Shown here piece by piece: positions 61,550 to 64,000 of a DNA stretch of 64,000 nucleotides; within the stretch, counting starts at the first letter, position 1, and each line of letters opens with the position of its first letter. The notes below the pieces were generated by a model. The model was not told the DNA's origin. It saw only the letters and a program-made list of their open reading frames with translations, and did not search any database. The DNA is from Felis catus. Lineage: Eukaryota. Made by a program: the position numbers and the translations under genes. The stretch covers positions 28,770,001 to 28,834,000 of the forward strand of contig NC_058383.1 in assembly GCF_018350175.1 (NCBI RefSeq), written 5' to 3'.

Positions 61550-62349
61550 GTAAGCTCACTCTCACTGGCAGGGAGTGGGGAGAGGCTAACAGTCAGCATG
61601 GAGTCTGGGAGCAAAATACGGAAAAAGTAGAAATATCCTTGATGCTTTTTCTGTGACTTTTTTAAATCAAAAAAACCCTGTTCTTAATACAAGTGGAACT
61701 GTACTGAATACATTTATTCTGTTCTCTCCCTTTGCCTCTGTGTGTACAAAGAACTTTTTATGACCTTTTATGACTCTGTAATATTCTGCCTTTTAAATAC
61801 TACAATTTTAATCTTCCTTTGTTGCCAAACTTTGTTACTAACATAGTGAGCATCATTCTGTATTTCAAATTACTTCCTTAGAACAGGCTCCCTGAAGCGC
61901 CGTTAGTATTGAGAGTAGTTAAAGCTCTTGATCCCCATTGTCTAGAAGGTTTTAATACATATTTTTTTTAAGTGGTTCTTGATAGTGGATCAGTTCAGTG
62001 ATTCTTACTAAAACAGTTAACATCTTTCTAGGTCGATAACGGCCAGGTGTTTGAGGACACTCAGAACAGCCGTGGAAAGGGCTACCTCTTGGGGGCCTGA
62101 GAGCTCTGGCCCATCTGGATTCTCCTCTTGGCTTTGCCACACCTTAGCCATGAATCCTTGAAAGCCAGGTCTCGGTGCTAGGCTGCCTAGAATACTCCCC
62201 TCACAAGACTGTTAGACGGATGTTTAGTGTAAGCCAAGTGCCTGGCATAGCATCTGACGCATACAAAGTGCATGGGAATATGCCAACCAGTTACGTCAGC
62301 TGTGTGACTTCATCGGCTTCGGTTAACAAACCCATATTGGCTTTTTCAG

Positions 62350-62475
62350 ACTTTAGTTGCCGGTCTTACATCAAACAAGCCAGCAGATAAGCTCCGTGCC
62401 CTGCCGCTGTGGTTGTCTTTACAGTACTTGGGGCTTGATGGGATTGTGGAGAGGATTAAGCACGCCTGCCAGCTG
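62350..62475 (+). CDS. PDXDC1: PDXDC1 exon 12 (126 nt); gene continues beyond window
   Basis: TTTTTCAG|, TLVAGLTSNKPADKLRALPLWLSLQYLGLDGIVERIKHACQL, CTG|GTGAGT; exons 1-12 total 1089 nt, 363 codons, no stop. Confidence 0.95.
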
Positions 62476-63770
62476 GTGAGTAGAAACCTGCAGTTTGAAT
62501 GAGTCACAGATACTCCATGGCGAAGGCAGAGACAGAAAACCGCCTCGTTGCCTTACTCATCATCCAATACCGTGTTGTCTGGATTTCGCATCTCCTAAGC
62601 AAGCAGACCTGAAGTGCACATTCGCCGTTGGAAGTTCTGGGGGAGACTGCTGGGGTGGCCCATCGTTAGTGGCCGGATGAAATCAGATTAGATGAATGCT
62701 CGTGTCATTGTAGGATGAGGAAAGAAGTGATAGGATGAGAGCCAGGGAGCGGAAAAGGAGCAAAAGGGGGGCGGAGGGGGGTAGTTAACATGGCCCCCAG
62801 CCGGCTGTCTCTTGAAGGGGGAAGGAAATATGGCGGCCTTAGGGGTGGGGATGGATTGTCTGCGTATTTTTAATACCAGCTGTCTTGGGCTCCCAAATGG
62901 CAAGGCTCTAGAGATGCTTCTAACTCTCCTTCTGTATGAGGTGTTCTAATTGTGAAAGTATATGTACAATTATGCTACAGTTTAGAAAGCAAAAAAGAGG
63001 TCACGTTTATGCAGTTTGCGAGCTGCGTCCTACCTGAGCCTGAAAGCGTGGCGTCGCCTCTCTGTAAGTCCGTTCGCTTACCTGGGAGACAGGGGTGATG
63101 TGAAAGATGGTTAGGCCTTCATGAGCTTGTGCCTGCGAAGCTCTTGGAGTGTTGCCTGGTCACATGCAGATGGGTTTAAGAATAAACCTTGGTCTGCAAC
63201 GTGTTCTGTGGAATCGGTACTTCCTCAAGTGTCATTTTTATAGTGAGGAAAAATCCGTGTTTTTGTGTTGCTGTGGCAGCTGCCTCTTGGTTCATCATGT
63301 CAGGATGGTTCCTCCTGACGCTAGTTTCTGATGCAATAGGGACATTCTGAAGGAAGTAGTTTCATTGTCACATGAGGTAATGTTGAGGTCTTTGTCATTA
63401 TGTTTCCAAAGCACATTTCTGAAAAGTTTCCTCACTGGGCCCTCAGCTCCCATGTTGAAGTTTGGTTGTTCGGAAGGAGAGGCCTTTATTGCCCCGGTAA
63501 CTTAGTCACTTTGGGGAAGGTTCAGGCCCTCGGGGGAGAGCCCTTCAATTCCCTTTGGCCTCCGGAGGGCAGGGAGATAATGAGACATTCTCTGGCAAAC
63601 CCTCAAGGCCGCCGCAGCTCTGTCTGCCTGCAGGCACACGGACGCAGTCCTGCCGAGGACCTCAGTGACATCCTGTCGCTGACCCTGTAGTGGGAACTGC
63701 AGGGAAATGTAGCCCGTGCGGCTGTTACCAGGTGCCGGGTTCCCTGGGGGCGGAAGTCAGGCTGCTGCTG

Positions 63771-63999
63771 CTCCTCCTCCTCTTCCTCCTCTTCCTCCTC
63801 TTCCTCCTCTTCCTCCTCTTCCTCCTCTTCCTCCTCTTCCTCCTCTTCCTCCTCTTCCTCCTCTTCCTCCTCTTCCTCCTCTTCCTCCTCTTCCTCCTCT
63901 TCCTCCTCTTCCTCCTCTTCCTCCTCTTCCTCCTCTTCCTCCTCTTCCTCCTCTTCCTCCTCTTCCTCCTCTTCCTCCTCTTCCTCCTCTTCCTCCTCC
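63771..63999. repeat. (TCTTCCTCC)24 perfect 9-bp tandem repeat; pure polypyrimidine tract
   Basis: 24 perfect units at 63781-63996, flanked by TCC triplets. Confidence 0.97.
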
Positions 64000-64000
64000 G

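Noticed and set aside
63602..63999. Minus-strand poly-Glu/QQQ open frame from the 9-bp repeat
   Set aside because: The frame is open only because of the repeat; the following peptide is unrecognisable and lies antisense in an intron.

Overview
Mammalian genomic DNA from a felid, judged by the dense tRNA-derived Can-SINEs including near-identical SINEC_Fc-type copies and carnivore-type L1 3' ends. Two protein-coding genes lie head-to-head, each starting in a CpG island. MPV17L is on the minus strand and complete: 4 coding exons at 10884-10575, 6849-6779, 2532-2503 and 2422-2243, giving 591 nt and 196 aa. PDXDC1 is on the plus strand: coding exons 1-12 from 30745 to 62475 give the first 363 aa, and the gene continues past the window. 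All splice junctions are GT-AG and phases join into open frames. The rest is intronic or intergenic repeat: more than 40 SINEs (several nested, many with TSDs), two L1 3' fragments (one 5'-inverted), ancient DNA transposons, MaLR/ERVL LTRs, a polyadenylated retrocopy of an mRNA 3' UTR, and micro/minisatellites. Repeat family names are from recalled consensus sequences, not a search. I found no convincing new multi-gene system. The best leads are regulatory or structural: a candidate distal MPV17L first exon in the PDXDC1 CpG island, a (UG)19/(CA)24 pair next to the 30-nt MPV17L exon, an inverted SINE pair in the MPV17L 3' region, loss of the PLP-binding lysine motif in PDXDC1, an alternating direct/inverted 13-mer array, and a headless SINE-tail fusion marking a deletion.
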